A stretch of 64,000 nt of DNA from NCBI GenBank assembly GCA_965116925.1, contig OZ220744.1:1440001-1504000 (forward strand), written 5' to 3'. The position numbers and the translations under genes were made by a program. The notes beneath the pieces were generated by a model that was given only the letters and a program-made list of their open reading frames with translations, did not search any database and was not told the DNA's origin. This DNA comes from Candidatus Poribacteria bacterium (lineage in GTDB: Bacteria > Poribacteria > WGA-4E > PCPOR2b). Shown here in pieces: positions 1 to 9,929 of the stretch (position 1 is the stretch's first letter; each line of letters begins with the position of its first letter).

Positions 1-3000
1 AACAAGATTAAATGATTATTCAGGTAATCCGGCAAATTTTGAAAATCACGAGTATCTAACTTAAAATTTGGGCATGAGGCATGGAGCTTGAGATGTGAAG
101 ACGGAAAAGTCTCAAGATCAACATGTAGGTTACCTTCCACTTTAATTGGATTGCCAAGTAAGAGTAGATCGAAAGACTCAACGTTAAGGCTCCCGTCCTT
201 ATAGATGAGGGTGCCCACAGCTTCACGAATTGGAATTTGCCCGATAGGTGTTTGAAGCACTAGATCGGGAATGTTCCAGTTGAGTTCTAGCTGTGGAGCT
301 TCATAAGTCCCACCACCCGTGAATTTGTAGCTGACGTTTCCTGAGAAAAGTGGTGGTAGTCCCAACAGGTACGATAATCCCTCAAGTGGAAATCCATCGG
401 ATTCTACTGTGAAGCTGAATGTATTGGTCGTCTCTGACCCCTGATCCGATTGGGGGGTATCTATCGCGCTCTGCATGGGGAAAGTACCTTCCGCATTTAG
501 GAATGGGCTGCCATCCCGTTTATCAGCGAGCACCAAGGATTGAATATGCCACAGGTTATCCACAAAGGAAACGCGGATCGGAGCGGGGTTAGTCAGCGGA
601 CGTCCATTAACATCGAGCGCAGCCTTGGACAGGGACATCTGGAACTTAAATTCTGACAAATCTTCTAGCATTCCTTCAATCTCAACGGTGCCATCGGCTG
701 TACCTGCAAAATAGTCTGCTACATTAAAGATTCGTAAGAATGGAAATAGATCGACTCCCATCCCATCAACAGCAATCTGATAAGGGCTGCCTTCAACTGA
801 TTCCAAAACTCCGCGAATCTGACAGGTATCATTAAAGCCCACACCTTCAAAATTCAGTGCATTGTTTCTGTAGATACCGGTTATGTAAATATCCTCTAGT
901 TGGTTGCCTGCGTAAGTAACATTTGAGAAGTTGAAGGTTACATCTACAATCGGATCTGCTGCGTTTGCCTGCCCCTTAGCTGTGACAATCAGATCGGCGT
1001 CCAGCAAAAAGTCAGTCATTCCGCGTGCGATCGCAATTTCTGCGAGTTGCATTGACTCACTTTGAAAGTCAATTACATAATTTTGATTAGGGTCAATCTG
1101 TGCGTTGAGGATACCTTTCTGACCACGGGTTAGCAGTTCAAAATCGGGAATTTTCACGACATAATTTTCAATCTCTAGCGGCAGCGTTAATAGGTCAAGC
1201 GATAGATCCCACGCTTTGCCGCTCTCAATCTGAAGTGTGCCACGACCATTAAGCCTCGCTAGCGTTCCATCCAATACCAGCTCCCCCGTTGCAATCCCCT
1301 CGATTGGGTAATCATCACCTGCTAGCCTCACATAGTCTGCAATTTGGATCGGTTGGGCACGCACCTTAAGATCTATCGGCGTATCCCCTTCCATACGGGC
1401 CACTCCATCGGCAATCAATACGCTCTCCCCTTTGACAAGACGTATTGGGTTCAGAAAAACCTTATTCTCCGTATAATGAAAATCCGTTGTCAACACACCA
1501 ATTGGCACATCATACAGTGTTGCTTCTGGAATTTTGAGGAAACCGTGCAAAGAATACAGTGGATTATTCCCTACACCTGCACTACTTTTCCCCGTAAGCG
1601 TACCTTCGCCAGCGAGGTCTGGCATTTGCAAGATTCGGGAGATTTTACCTATGTCAATTTTTGTGATACGCAGATCCATATCGTGTTGAGCAGTTAATCC
1701 GGGGTTACCATTAATTTCAATCTGTGCATCGTCAAGATTCGCTGTAATCGATAGATGTTGGTCGTTGAGTTGGTATCGCGCTGCTGAAAGGCGAATTGGT
1801 ACTCCATTTAGACTCGCATCGTCCAGTTGCAATTTGCCATCAAGATTTATTTTGCGGAGGTCTGAGCCCTTACCACTAAATTGGGCTTCACCATCCAAAT
1901 CCCCCTTAATAGCCAACAAATCTTGCGGAAAATCTATAATTGGTAGTAGTTGCTCTGTCCGAAGGGAGTTAAGTTGTATCCAACCTTTGTACGTGGGATG
2001 TTGCAAATCTTCTTGTGTGGGAGGGAGGTCAATTTCTGCCGCTCCTGTCAGCTTTCCTGAAGCGAATAGAGCATCAATATTGGTAACTCGGACGTTACGC
2101 GGTGTGAACTCGGCTTGGAGGGTGAGATTCTCAAATTGGAGTGCGTTTAACTGGACAGACGGAAGGCTAATCCCGATGCTACCGACCATTTCCGAAATTG
2201 GACCACTGGCTTTGACCTCCACTTCTGCCACCCCTTCTATTTCCCCTGGGGCAGATAGTATCTTTTGCACATCACGGAAATCGAGGGTCATTTGGATTTG
2301 TGTCTTGACCTGTGGAGATTGTTTGCCAAGATTGTTTGCCTCACCAGCAACAGTCAGCAGGGAATTTCCCAGCGCGAAACGCAACGAGTGCAATGCACCT
2401 CGATTTTTCTGTAACTCAAATTCAGTTTTGAATTCATTAATCTGTGTTTCAACGCCGTTCAGTTCAAAACGTCCATCTCGCACCTCCAAATGACTACGGT
2501 ATTTCCAGTTGTTCAGAGGACCGTCAACGCGCCCCCGACTGTCAATACCGCCGATTGCAACTTTGAGGGAACCACTTTCATCTTCAAAATTAATGATGCC
2601 ATTTTCAACACTAATATCTTCGATACTGATATCGGAGATTAACAGGTGAACTGGCACTTTAGGGCTCGTTCCGGTCCCGTTTTTCGGAATTAGCCTTGCT
2701 AAATTGATAGTTCCGTCTGCCTCCATGTGCGTATTAACTTGGGGTTGGTTAAAGTGCAGTTGAGTGATGAGGAATTTCCTCTGCGCCAAACTCCATAATC
2801 TATATCTTATCCGGATTTCGTCTAGGGCTATTAGAGGAGGGTTTTCTGGATCCGTATCTGCGATTTCAACCCCTCTAACATCCAAGCCGGTAAACACATT
2901 TCCTGCAATTTTATTGATGGTGACTGAATGTTTTAAGTGCTTCTGGAGCTCAAGCTCTAATACGAGGCGCACCCGGTTAAGCACATAAGATGAGCGCAAA

Positions 3001-3074
3001 AACAGAAAGCCTCCAAGTATTAAAATCACTCCAAAACAGGAAAATAGGATTAAGCGTTTGTTTCGTCTGTGCAT
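1..3074 (-). CDS. TamB/AsmA-like translocation and assembly module protein, 3' end outside window
   Basis: Not in ORF track (no stop inside window). Manual translation from ATG 3074: MHRRNKRLILFSCFGVILILGGFLFLRSSYVLNRVR...IAGNVFTGLDVRGVEI; N-terminal membrane anchor then long beta-rich sequence. Confidence 0.7.
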   Translation of the reverse strand, partial: MHRRNKRLILFSCFGVILILGGFLFLRSSYVLNRVRLVLELELQKHLKHSVTINKIAGNVFTGLDVRGVEIADTDPENPPLIALDEIRIRYRLWSLAQRKFLITQLHFNQPQVNTHMEADGTINLARLIPKNGTGTSPKVPVHLLISDISIEDISVENGIINFEDESGSLKVAIGGIDSRGRVDGPLNNWKYRSHLEVRDGRFELNGVETQINEFKTEFELQKNRGALHSLRFALGNSLLTVAGEANNLGKQSPQVKTQIQMTLDFRDVQKILSAPGEIEGVAEVEVKASGPISEMVGSIGISLPSVQLNALQFENLTLQAEFTPRNVRVTNIDALFASGKLTGAAEIDLPPTQEDLQHPTYKGWIQLNSLRTEQLLPIIDFPQDLLAIKGDLDGEAQFSGKGSDLRKINLDGKLQLDDASLNGVPIRLSAARYQLNDQHLSITANLDDAQIEINGNPGLTAQHDMDLRITKIDIGKISRILQMPDLAGEGTLTGKSSAGVGNNPLYSLHGFLKIPEATLYDVPIGVLTTDFHYTENKVFLNPIRLVKGESVLIADGVARMEGDTPIDLKVRAQPIQIADYVRLAGDDYPIEGIATGELVLDGTLARLNGRGTLQIESGKAWDLSLDLLTLPLEIENYVVKIPDFELLTRGQKGILNAQIDPNQNYVIDFQSESMQLAEIAIARGMTDFLLDADLIVTAKGQANAADPIVDVTFNFSNVTYAGNQLEDIYITGIYRNNALNFEGVGFNDTCQIRGVLESVEGSPYQIAVDGMGVDLFPFLRIFNVADYFAGTADGTVEIEGMLEDLSEFKFQMSLSKAALDVNGRPLTNPAPIRVSFVDNLWHIQSLVLADKRDGSPFLNAEGTFPMQSAIDTPQSDQGSETTNTFSFTVESDGFPLEGLSYLLGLPPLFSGNVSYKFTGGGTYEAPQLELNWNIPDLVLQTPIGQIPIREAVGTLIYKDGSLNVESFDLLLLGNPIKVEGNLHVDLETFPSSHLKLHASCPNFKLDTRDFQNLPDYLNNHLIL

Positions 3075-3387
3075 AGAATTTATCTCAATCTTTTTTTGTT
3101 TCAAGGGCTTCAACCGCATAAAACGCCAACAGAACGATTCACGATTCGCTCCAGTTTATATCATAGCAAATTTGGAGGTAAATGTCATAAGATATAGGAA
3201 AAATAGGCGAGGATTCAGATTTAATGCAGTGACCGTTTCGGTTGGCAGTGTGCACTTCAAGGTTGAGAACTGAACCGTATAATGGCAGGAGAGAGGACTA
3301 GTAGGCTATTTTTAATCTAATGTTGAATGTATGTATTGTCACTACAGATTTTCTCAAATTATAGCATTTGAAAACGGATTCGAGCAC

Positions 3388-4080
3388 TTAGGAGCTATTG
3401 CTGTTAAGTGTTGTTAAGGACAACTGCTGGTTTGGGTTGTGATACAACCACATCTCCATGTTCTTTTTAAGATCAGTCCACTCATTGTCCAATATTGAAT
3501 ACCAAGCAGTATCTCGGTTTCGACCTTTTACGATCATGTGCTGTCTAAAAACACCTTCAAACTGAAAACCGAGACGTAGAGCAGCTAATCGTGACTGCTC
3601 ATTCAAGGAATCACATTTCCACTCAACTCGACGGTATTTTAGTCTATCAAACGCCTCGCAGAGCATCAGATATACGGATTCCGTATTTACATTTGATCTT
3701 TGAGCATTGAGCGAATACCAAATGTGCCCCAGCTCGAGTCGCCGCATATCACAGATGATGTTTAGAAAACTGACCATCCCCACTCGGCGTTTCGATTCGC
3801 GATGGTGTACCGTAAAGAAAAGTGGATCTTTCGATTTTGCTCCAACTTCAAGCCACCGCTGCATGCTGCGTACATTGTCAAAGGGTCCGTAGCTCATGTA
3901 GGTCCATATTTGCTCCTTCTCATCGGAGCCGTGGGTGCACCTGTGGAGCTCTTCAGCATCAGCTTGTGGATTGATTGGTGACAGTACAATGAACTTACCC
4001 TCGTAGTTGGTCTGTCGGGGCACGTCTATATGAGTAAGTGGTTTTACGGCATTGCCGAATGGAGGAGATAAATGCGACAT
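3388..4080 (-). CDS. GNAT N-acetyltransferase, RimJ/RimL family
   Basis: ELGHIWY, YRRVEWKCDSLN, RLGFQFEGVFRQHMIVKGRNRDTAWYS; start placed at MSHLSPP (uncertain). Confidence 0.9.
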   Translation of the reverse strand: MSHLSPPFGNAVKPLTHIDVPRQTNYEGKFIVLSPINPQADAEELHRCTHGSDEKEQIWTYMSYGPFDNVRSMQRWLEVGAKSKDPLFFTVHHRESKRRVGMVSFLNIICDMRRLELGHIWYSLNAQRSNVNTESVYLMLCEAFDRLKYRRVEWKCDSLNEQSRLAALRLGFQFEGVFRQHMIVKGRNRDTAWYSILDNEWTDLKKNMEMWLYHNPNQQLSLTTLNSNSS

Positions 4081-4267
4081 AGCCTGCCTACTTCCAGCCG
4101 CTGTCTGGGATGCAGATGTTGGAATATTTCCAATTTCTATTATCGGGCTGCTAGAAATATGGGGATGACCATGCAAGTGTAGATCTAGTCGTTATCTCCG
4201 GTATCTTGTATCAGCTCACACAGACGACCGAGAACATCGTGGCAATTTCAATCGCTAGGAAAACCCC

Positions 4268-5488
4268 TCAACGACCTAGATCGTTCAACAGCATATTGAG
4301 CTCTTCTTTAACCATATCGTTTTGTTCCTGGTTCTGAAAGTAGTAATAGATATCGAGTTCAATATTGTCATCATGTTCTTTTGGAGCATTCTTAATCTGC
4401 TTTATAAGTGCCTCTTTTTTGAGGACCAAGACAATCCGGATTCTATCTTTTGGATCACTCACAGTTGGTAACGCCTTAATGAGCTGCCGCGCGATGCCTT
4501 GTCCAAAATCTTGTCCGGCATGAACGATTAAAGCCTTCGCTGCCGCTTCTCTCGCGTTCTCATTTTCATCATTTGCCACAATTTCAACGAGTCGATCGAT
4601 AGCTTTTTCACTTGGATACTGTTCAAGCGTTTGACCTGCATACATCCGCACCCACGCATCGGAATCGCTAAGGGCACTGACAACCTCATCCACGGGCGGA
4701 TTATCAAGTCGCAACATTGCCTGTGCCGCTGCACGGCGAACCGCAACATCGCTATTGCTGAGCCCATCAATGATTTCTGTCCTATACTCTTGCTTGCCAA
4801 GGTTATAAAGCGCGATGTTGACTTCCATCTTCAAGCCTGGGGTGCTCCCACTTTGGATTGCTTCTAAAGCCGGAATTGCGCGCGAATCGTTTATCCTTCC
4901 AATCAATTGCGTCAAGGTCGCTTTCATCTCTGGCGGAGTTTCGGCATCCTTGAGTGCAGCGGTCAAATGGTCTAGACCTTCGGAACCAATTTGATATAGC
5001 ATTTCAATCAGCTCGGGTCTAAGAACCATATACCTTCTTACACCGAGATATTCGATCAATACGGGGACAGCATCTGCTCCTTTATCGACCAAGATCTGTA
5101 TAGTTGCGTCTTGTGTGCGATGTCTTTCAGCGAGCAGTTGAAGCATTTTTTTGATTTCAGTATTACTTAATGCCGCAATCCTTTCACTCCGGGCCTGTTT
5201 ATACCGGTCTTCAAGCCCTGGAATTTCAGCTTCTTGAGTTTTAGCGTCTCCGGTAGCGATGGCGTGTGAGTAGGCAATCAACAATAAGGCTCGTGGTTCT
5301 ACTTTTTCGGCTGGGGTTTTGGCTTCCTCAATTTCCGCCCTTTCGAGGTGATTAACGGCTTCGATTGTCAGACCAGCAAGGAGCAGTTTGTTTCTACCAA
5401 CCTCCAGTTGTGTAATCGGTTGGTCCTGTTCACACCCGATACTAACAGCCAAAATAAGAAATATCAGTAGGGTTGAAAACTTTTTCAT
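4268..5488 (-). CDS. HEAT/PBS-lyase repeat lipoprotein
   Basis: Signal peptide with lipobox-like VSIGC; repeats LSNSDVAVRRAAAQAM, LSDSDAWVRMYAGQTL, ENAREAAAKAL. Confidence 0.8.
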   Translation of the reverse strand: MKKFSTLLIFLILAVSIGCEQDQPITQLEVGRNKLLLAGLTIEAVNHLERAEIEEAKTPAEKVEPRALLLIAYSHAIATGDAKTQEAEIPGLEDRYKQARSERIAALSNTEIKKMLQLLAERHRTQDATIQILVDKGADAVPVLIEYLGVRRYMVLRPELIEMLYQIGSEGLDHLTAALKDAETPPEMKATLTQLIGRINDSRAIPALEAIQSGSTPGLKMEVNIALYNLGKQEYRTEIIDGLSNSDVAVRRAAAQAMLRLDNPPVDEVVSALSDSDAWVRMYAGQTLEQYPSEKAIDRLVEIVANDENENAREAAAKALIVHAGQDFGQGIARQLIKALPTVSDPKDRIRIVLVLKKEALIKQIKNAPKEHDDNIELDIYYYFQNQEQNDMVKEELNMLLNDLGR

Positions 5489-5755
5489 ATCTAACTCTTT
5501 TTCTCCTCTTCATTTAAGGGATTTATTGGGTAGAACGTTCTTTTCAGCGCATGTATCTTTTGCGTAGAGTCTAAGTTTACAAAATATTCCTTCTTCTGTC
5601 AAGGGAATTATCAGCAAAAATTTCAGCGTTAGTAACTGATAGCTTAACTCAGCCATAATCATAAGATGGGGTTCTTGATTTCATTTGCCTTTTGCCATGC
5701 GGTGTGCTACAATACGATCTTATGTTAGGCTTGAAAAATCAGCAGGAGTTAATGG

Positions 5756-6166
5756 ATGCGCGTTGAGAACAATAATCGTTGTTTTGCATGTGGTAAGGAA
5801 AACCCTTTTGGGTTGCAAGTTAATCCAGATATCACCCCCGATGGAACACGGGTCAAGATTGAGTGTACCCCCCCCGGTCATTTTCAAGGCTGGGCAAATG
5901 TAATTCATGGTGGAATCTTGAGCACGCTCCTCGATGAAGCGATTACCTATGTGGGTATCGCCAGCTTTGATGGGCCTGCGGTAACAGCACAACTTGAGGT
6001 ACGATTCAAGAAGCCAGCAATGGCAGGCGATAAATTAATCGTTACAGCCAATCGAGTTAAAATGGGTAAGCGTCTCATTGAAGTTGAGGCACACATCAAT
6101 TCAGAAGATGGCGAACTAATTGTCGAAGGAAGCGGGAAGGTGATGAAAGTCGCTGGTAATTTTTAG
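5756..6166 (+). CDS. PaaI family hotdog thioesterase
   Basis: CFACGKENPFGL, HGGILSTLLDE, VTAQLEVRFKKP. Confidence 0.9.
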   Translation: MRVENNNRCFACGKENPFGLQVNPDITPDGTRVKIECTPPGHFQGWANVIHGGILSTLLDEAITYVGIASFDGPAVTAQLEVRFKKPAMAGDKLIVTANRVKMGKRLIEVEAHINSEDGELIVEGSGKVMKVAGNF

Positions 6167-6268
6167 TGCCTAGTCGATATTGTGTCGCCTTGGACAACAT
6201 TCTCACCTATCAAAGTCAAACGACAATCCTCTGTGTATAAAACAAGGCTTTGTTCAAGAAGGGAGGAT

Positions 6269-7837
6269 ATGCACAAACCTCCTGATCCTATCAACCCCAC
6301 AATGAATCATCGATATATCGTCCAATTTGATTCAGCCAAATTACCAAGAATCGACACCGATTTCTTAGTAATCGGGGCTGGTAACGCCGGGTTAAGTGCA
6401 GCGATGGCAGCTAGTCCACATGGTGACGTTTTACTGATTACTAAGTCTGTCATAAAAGAGAATGGCTTGTCTCATGTACAGGGTGGAATCACTGCCGTCA
6501 TGAGCGAAGCTGATGCGATCACTTCTCATGTTAAAAAAACTCTAAAAATGGGAAAAGGGCTCTGCAAGGAAATAGCAGTTGAAGTGATGGTTGAAAAAGG
6601 TGTTCAACAGGTTTCAGAATTGATTCAGACTGGAACGAGCCGTGACCAAGAGGAGGAGACGATATTAGTCAATCCCTTTGAAAAGCAGGAGAATGTGCGG
6701 GTCATCGAACAAGCTTTTGCAATTGATTTTATGACCCAAGGGGATAGATGCTATGGGGTGGTTGCCCTCATTAACGATGCGCCTCACTGTATTTTTGCCA
6801 AAGCTACCATCCTTGCCTCGGGCGGCCTTGGACACATCTATCAATCTACGTCGAACCCAACGATTGCAACAGGCGATGGGTTCGCGGCAGCTTGGCGAGC
6901 GGGCTGTGAGATGATGGATATGGAGTTTATCCAATTTCATCCGACGACACTGTTCCTGATGGAAGCACCGCACTGCTTGATAGGTGAAAAGGTACGTGAG
7001 GAAGGCGGTATTTTAATTAATTCGCGTGGGGAACGGTTCATGGGAAAATACCACGATATGGAGGAACTGGCTCCGTGTGATGTTGTAGGGCGTGCAATTC
7101 TGAATGAAATGGAATTAACCGGAAGCCCATGCGTTTATCTAGACATAACCCATTTGTCATCTGATTTCATACGCAGCCGCTTTTCAAGTATCTATCAGTT
7201 TTGCCATCAGTTTGGAATTGATATTACTACTGATGTCATCCCTGTTAAATCCGGCGCGCACTTTATGATAGGCGGTGTTTGCACAACCCTAAACGCAGAG
7301 ACAACCCTACGCGGTCTCTATGCCTGCGGGGAGGTTGCTTGTACCGGTGCTCACGGGGCAAGTCAATTGGCAAAAAATTCTTTACTTGAATGTATTGTGT
7401 TTGGTACGCGCGCTGGGAATGCAGGCGTCGAATATGCAGGGACAATTCAATCGGACAATTATGCGAACCTCCGAATCTCCTCTGACGATGACTTTTCTCG
7501 CTCTCAAACAACATCTCAAAATATTGATATTGAAGCAGCAAAAGCACTCGTTCAAGAAATGATGTGGCAGCACGTTGGACTGGTTAGGCATGGTGAAAAT
7601 TTAGAGACGATACTCGATGAATTGAAAGCACTGAACCGGAACTGCTATTGGGATAGTGGGGGGGCATTTGAGTTTCAAAACATGTGCGATGTTGCGGCAT
7701 TGATAACGGAGGCGGCAACTCTACGCACGGAGAGTCGTGGCACACATTATCGAGAAGATTTCCCTGAACAGGACGATATTAAATGGAAAAAGCATATTGT
7801 CCTTCAGCGAGGAGATGCAGCACGAATTGTAGCGTGA
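6269..7837 (+). CDS. nadB: L-aspartate oxidase-like flavoprotein with degenerate active site
   Basis: GAGNAGL FAD motif, QGGI, DMEFIQFHPT, NSLLE, RTESRGTHYREDFP; GGAGG RBS before ATG 6269; EGGHS segment missing and two Arg replaced (see findings). Confidence 0.8.
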   Translation: MHKPPDPINPTMNHRYIVQFDSAKLPRIDTDFLVIGAGNAGLSAAMAASPHGDVLLITKSVIKENGLSHVQGGITAVMSEADAITSHVKKTLKMGKGLCKEIAVEVMVEKGVQQVSELIQTGTSRDQEEETILVNPFEKQENVRVIEQAFAIDFMTQGDRCYGVVALINDAPHCIFAKATILASGGLGHIYQSTSNPTIATGDGFAAAWRAGCEMMDMEFIQFHPTTLFLMEAPHCLIGEKVREEGGILINSRGERFMGKYHDMEELAPCDVVGRAILNEMELTGSPCVYLDITHLSSDFIRSRFSSIYQFCHQFGIDITTDVIPVKSGAHFMIGGVCTTLNAETTLRGLYACGEVACTGAHGASQLAKNSLLECIVFGTRAGNAGVEYAGTIQSDNYANLRISSDDDFSRSQTTSQNIDIEAAKALVQEMMWQHVGLVRHGENLETILDELKALNRNCYWDSGGAFEFQNMCDVAALITEAATLRTESRGTHYREDFPEQDDIKWKKHIVLQRGDAARIVA

Positions 7838-7925
7838 TTTACGTAGGGAGACGACTTTTGCCTGCAAAACTAGGGGAAACTATTAGTATGTTCCCAAGAA
7901 TTTACCTCAGAGGAGAAATATAGCG

Positions 7926-9497
7926 ATGCAGAAACCCCGCTTAATTTATTACAACGATGCCCATCATTTCAACGCAAAGCGGATTGAACCGCCTGCTTCC
8001 ATCCATAAGCTCCAATGGCCCGTTGATGAGGTACTTGGCACTGGTGTAGACCTCCTGGTGTTAGGACTCGGATATGCTGATGTCTATTTCCATAACAGCA
8101 AGGTTGGACGTGTTGTGGGGCAAATGAAAGAGGTTTGGGACAACTACATTGACTGGCGAATTATGCGGATGGTGGAGGAAGCCCAAAAGATGGGCACCGA
8201 CCAAGTCCGCGAAGTCATCAACCGAGGCCGTCAAATGGGATTGGCTGTATTTCCTTCCCTGAAGTTACAGGCAAGTTCGCCGCCGGACAGCGAGCGGTGT
8301 GGTTTATTGAAATGGAACCATGGTGCCGAAGTATGTATCGGAGAGGAAGGACGAGCGGAATGGTGTTACGATTTTGCTCACGAGTTAGTGCGACAGGACA
8401 AACTTGCTGTGCTCAGGGAGATTTTGGAGGACTACGAGGCTGATGGGATAGAGTTGGACTTTATGTTTGATTCATATTATTTTAAGCAGGATGAGATAGA
8501 GAAAAACATTCCGTTGATGAATCGCTTCGTCGCTGAAATTCGGGAGATGGCAAACGCTATCGGAAGTCAACAGGGAAGAGAAATCCCCGTCATGGCGCGC
8601 GTTGATCTCGAGCAAGAAAAAAATCTGTCGATGGGACTGGACGTGGAAACATGGCTCAAGGAGGGCAGCATCAATTATGTCGTCGGACAAGATCCGTATG
8701 TGTTGACCGATACGCAGCCGAAACCTCGCTGGATGCCGGATGCTGCTAATGCCGTCGGTGCTGCAGCTTACTATCGTCCACCCAGACGCGTCTACGACGA
8801 GCGAGTCGGTCTGCCGAGTATTGAAATGTACAACGCATTAGCGCAGACACTTCGCTGGGATGGTTGGGCTGGTCTGTATGACGGTTACCTATCTTGGCCC
8901 TTCAGCGAAAGGGAATACCAAATTCTGAGAGAGGTGGCTTATCCTGAAGTCCATGCACGGAGTGATAAGCGTTATCTACTCCAGCCGCGGGAAGGAGAGC
9001 TAGACAAACCGACAACCACACCAGAGCGCCAACTACCATTGGAAATTAAGCAAGGGGAAACCGCTGCTATCAATATCTGGATTGCTGATGATATTGACAG
9101 TGCCAAGAAAGACGGAGAGGTGCGCAACCCCATTCTTACGCTTCGCTTCTCCTTCTTCTGTATTGAGGACGATATTGAATTTAGCTTTAATGGCAGGGTA
9201 TTGCCTTGGGAGGAGGCGGAGATTACTGACGAACGGGCCTTAACCATTCCGGTAAAACTCGCGGGTTTGATGCACATCCAAGCACCGCTCGGTATGTCCG
9301 CCCACTGGTTTCGGTACAAGCTGGAATTGGACGATCTTACACGCGGGAAGAATACCCTTGAAATCGAAACAAAGCATTTGACAAAGACAGCAGGTTTTAC
9401 CCGTAGCCTCAACGGTGTCGAGCTACAGACCCGTTATAAGGACTTCCTCCGCCCAGAAGGATTGGAGGTAGAGCGGATTGCACCGCCCGGCGGGTAG
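7926..9497 (+). CDS. Glycoside hydrolase-like protein (GHL10-like TIM barrel) with C-terminal beta domain
   Basis: LIYYND, YDFAHELVRQ, YEADGIELDF motifs. Confidence 0.6.
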   Translation: MQKPRLIYYNDAHHFNAKRIEPPASIHKLQWPVDEVLGTGVDLLVLGLGYADVYFHNSKVGRVVGQMKEVWDNYIDWRIMRMVEEAQKMGTDQVREVINRGRQMGLAVFPSLKLQASSPPDSERCGLLKWNHGAEVCIGEEGRAEWCYDFAHELVRQDKLAVLREILEDYEADGIELDFMFDSYYFKQDEIEKNIPLMNRFVAEIREMANAIGSQQGREIPVMARVDLEQEKNLSMGLDVETWLKEGSINYVVGQDPYVLTDTQPKPRWMPDAANAVGAAAYYRPPRRVYDERVGLPSIEMYNALAQTLRWDGWAGLYDGYLSWPFSEREYQILREVAYPEVHARSDKRYLLQPREGELDKPTTTPERQLPLEIKQGETAAINIWIADDIDSAKKDGEVRNPILTLRFSFFCIEDDIEFSFNGRVLPWEEAEITDERALTIPVKLAGLMHIQAPLGMSAHWFRYKLELDDLTRGKNTLEIETKHLTKTAGFTRSLNGVELQTRYKDFLRPEGLEVERIAPPGG

Positions 9498-9675
9498 CAC
9501 CCCAATTATTAGCTTTTTAACCTTCTACGACGACGGGGCGCACAGATAAGCAATCAGTCTCAGTTGGGTATTGAATTGAGAAGATTCAATCTAGTAGACA
9601 CAAAAAACCTTGCATTTTGGCAGGGGTATATGATATGTTAAACAGGTTGCACTACGAATAAAGGAGGTGGTTCAA

Positions 9676-9909
9676 TTGGCTCGAGTTTGCCATGTTTGTG
9701 GAAAAAAGCCGATGGCAGGTAATAAAATTGCCCGAACTCGTGGGCAGATTAGTAAGCGTTCAAAACATAGACAACTCCCCAACCTACAACGAGTCCGTGT
9801 TCAAACGGAAAGCGGGAGCCAACGAGTTCGTGTATGCGTGCGATGTCTCCGTACCGGGAAAGTTATCAAATCAATTTCTGGTGGGGCACAAGTTACCTAC
9901 GGCAGTTGA
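9676..9909 (+). CDS. rpmB: 50S ribosomal protein bL28 (Cys-containing type)
   Basis: ARVCHVCGKKPMAGN...PNLQRVRV...VCVRCLRTGKV; AAGGAGGT RBS before TTG 9676. Confidence 0.95.
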   Translation: MARVCHVCGKKPMAGNKIARTRGQISKRSKHRQLPNLQRVRVQTESGSQRVRVCVRCLRTGKVIKSISGGAQVTYGS

Positions 9910-9929
9910 AAGTATCCGGTGGGAACAGG

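Noticed and set aside
1344..3273. Plus-strand ORFs 1344-1697, 1765-2493, 2764-2988, 3058-3273
   Set aside because: The first three are antisense shadows of the tamB-like gene, the last overlaps its start and upstream region; none has a recognisable motif
9485..9497. C-terminal Gly-Gly on the 523-aa hydrolase-like protein as a MoeB substrate
   Set aside because: No ubiquitin-like domain and far from moeB; likely coincidental
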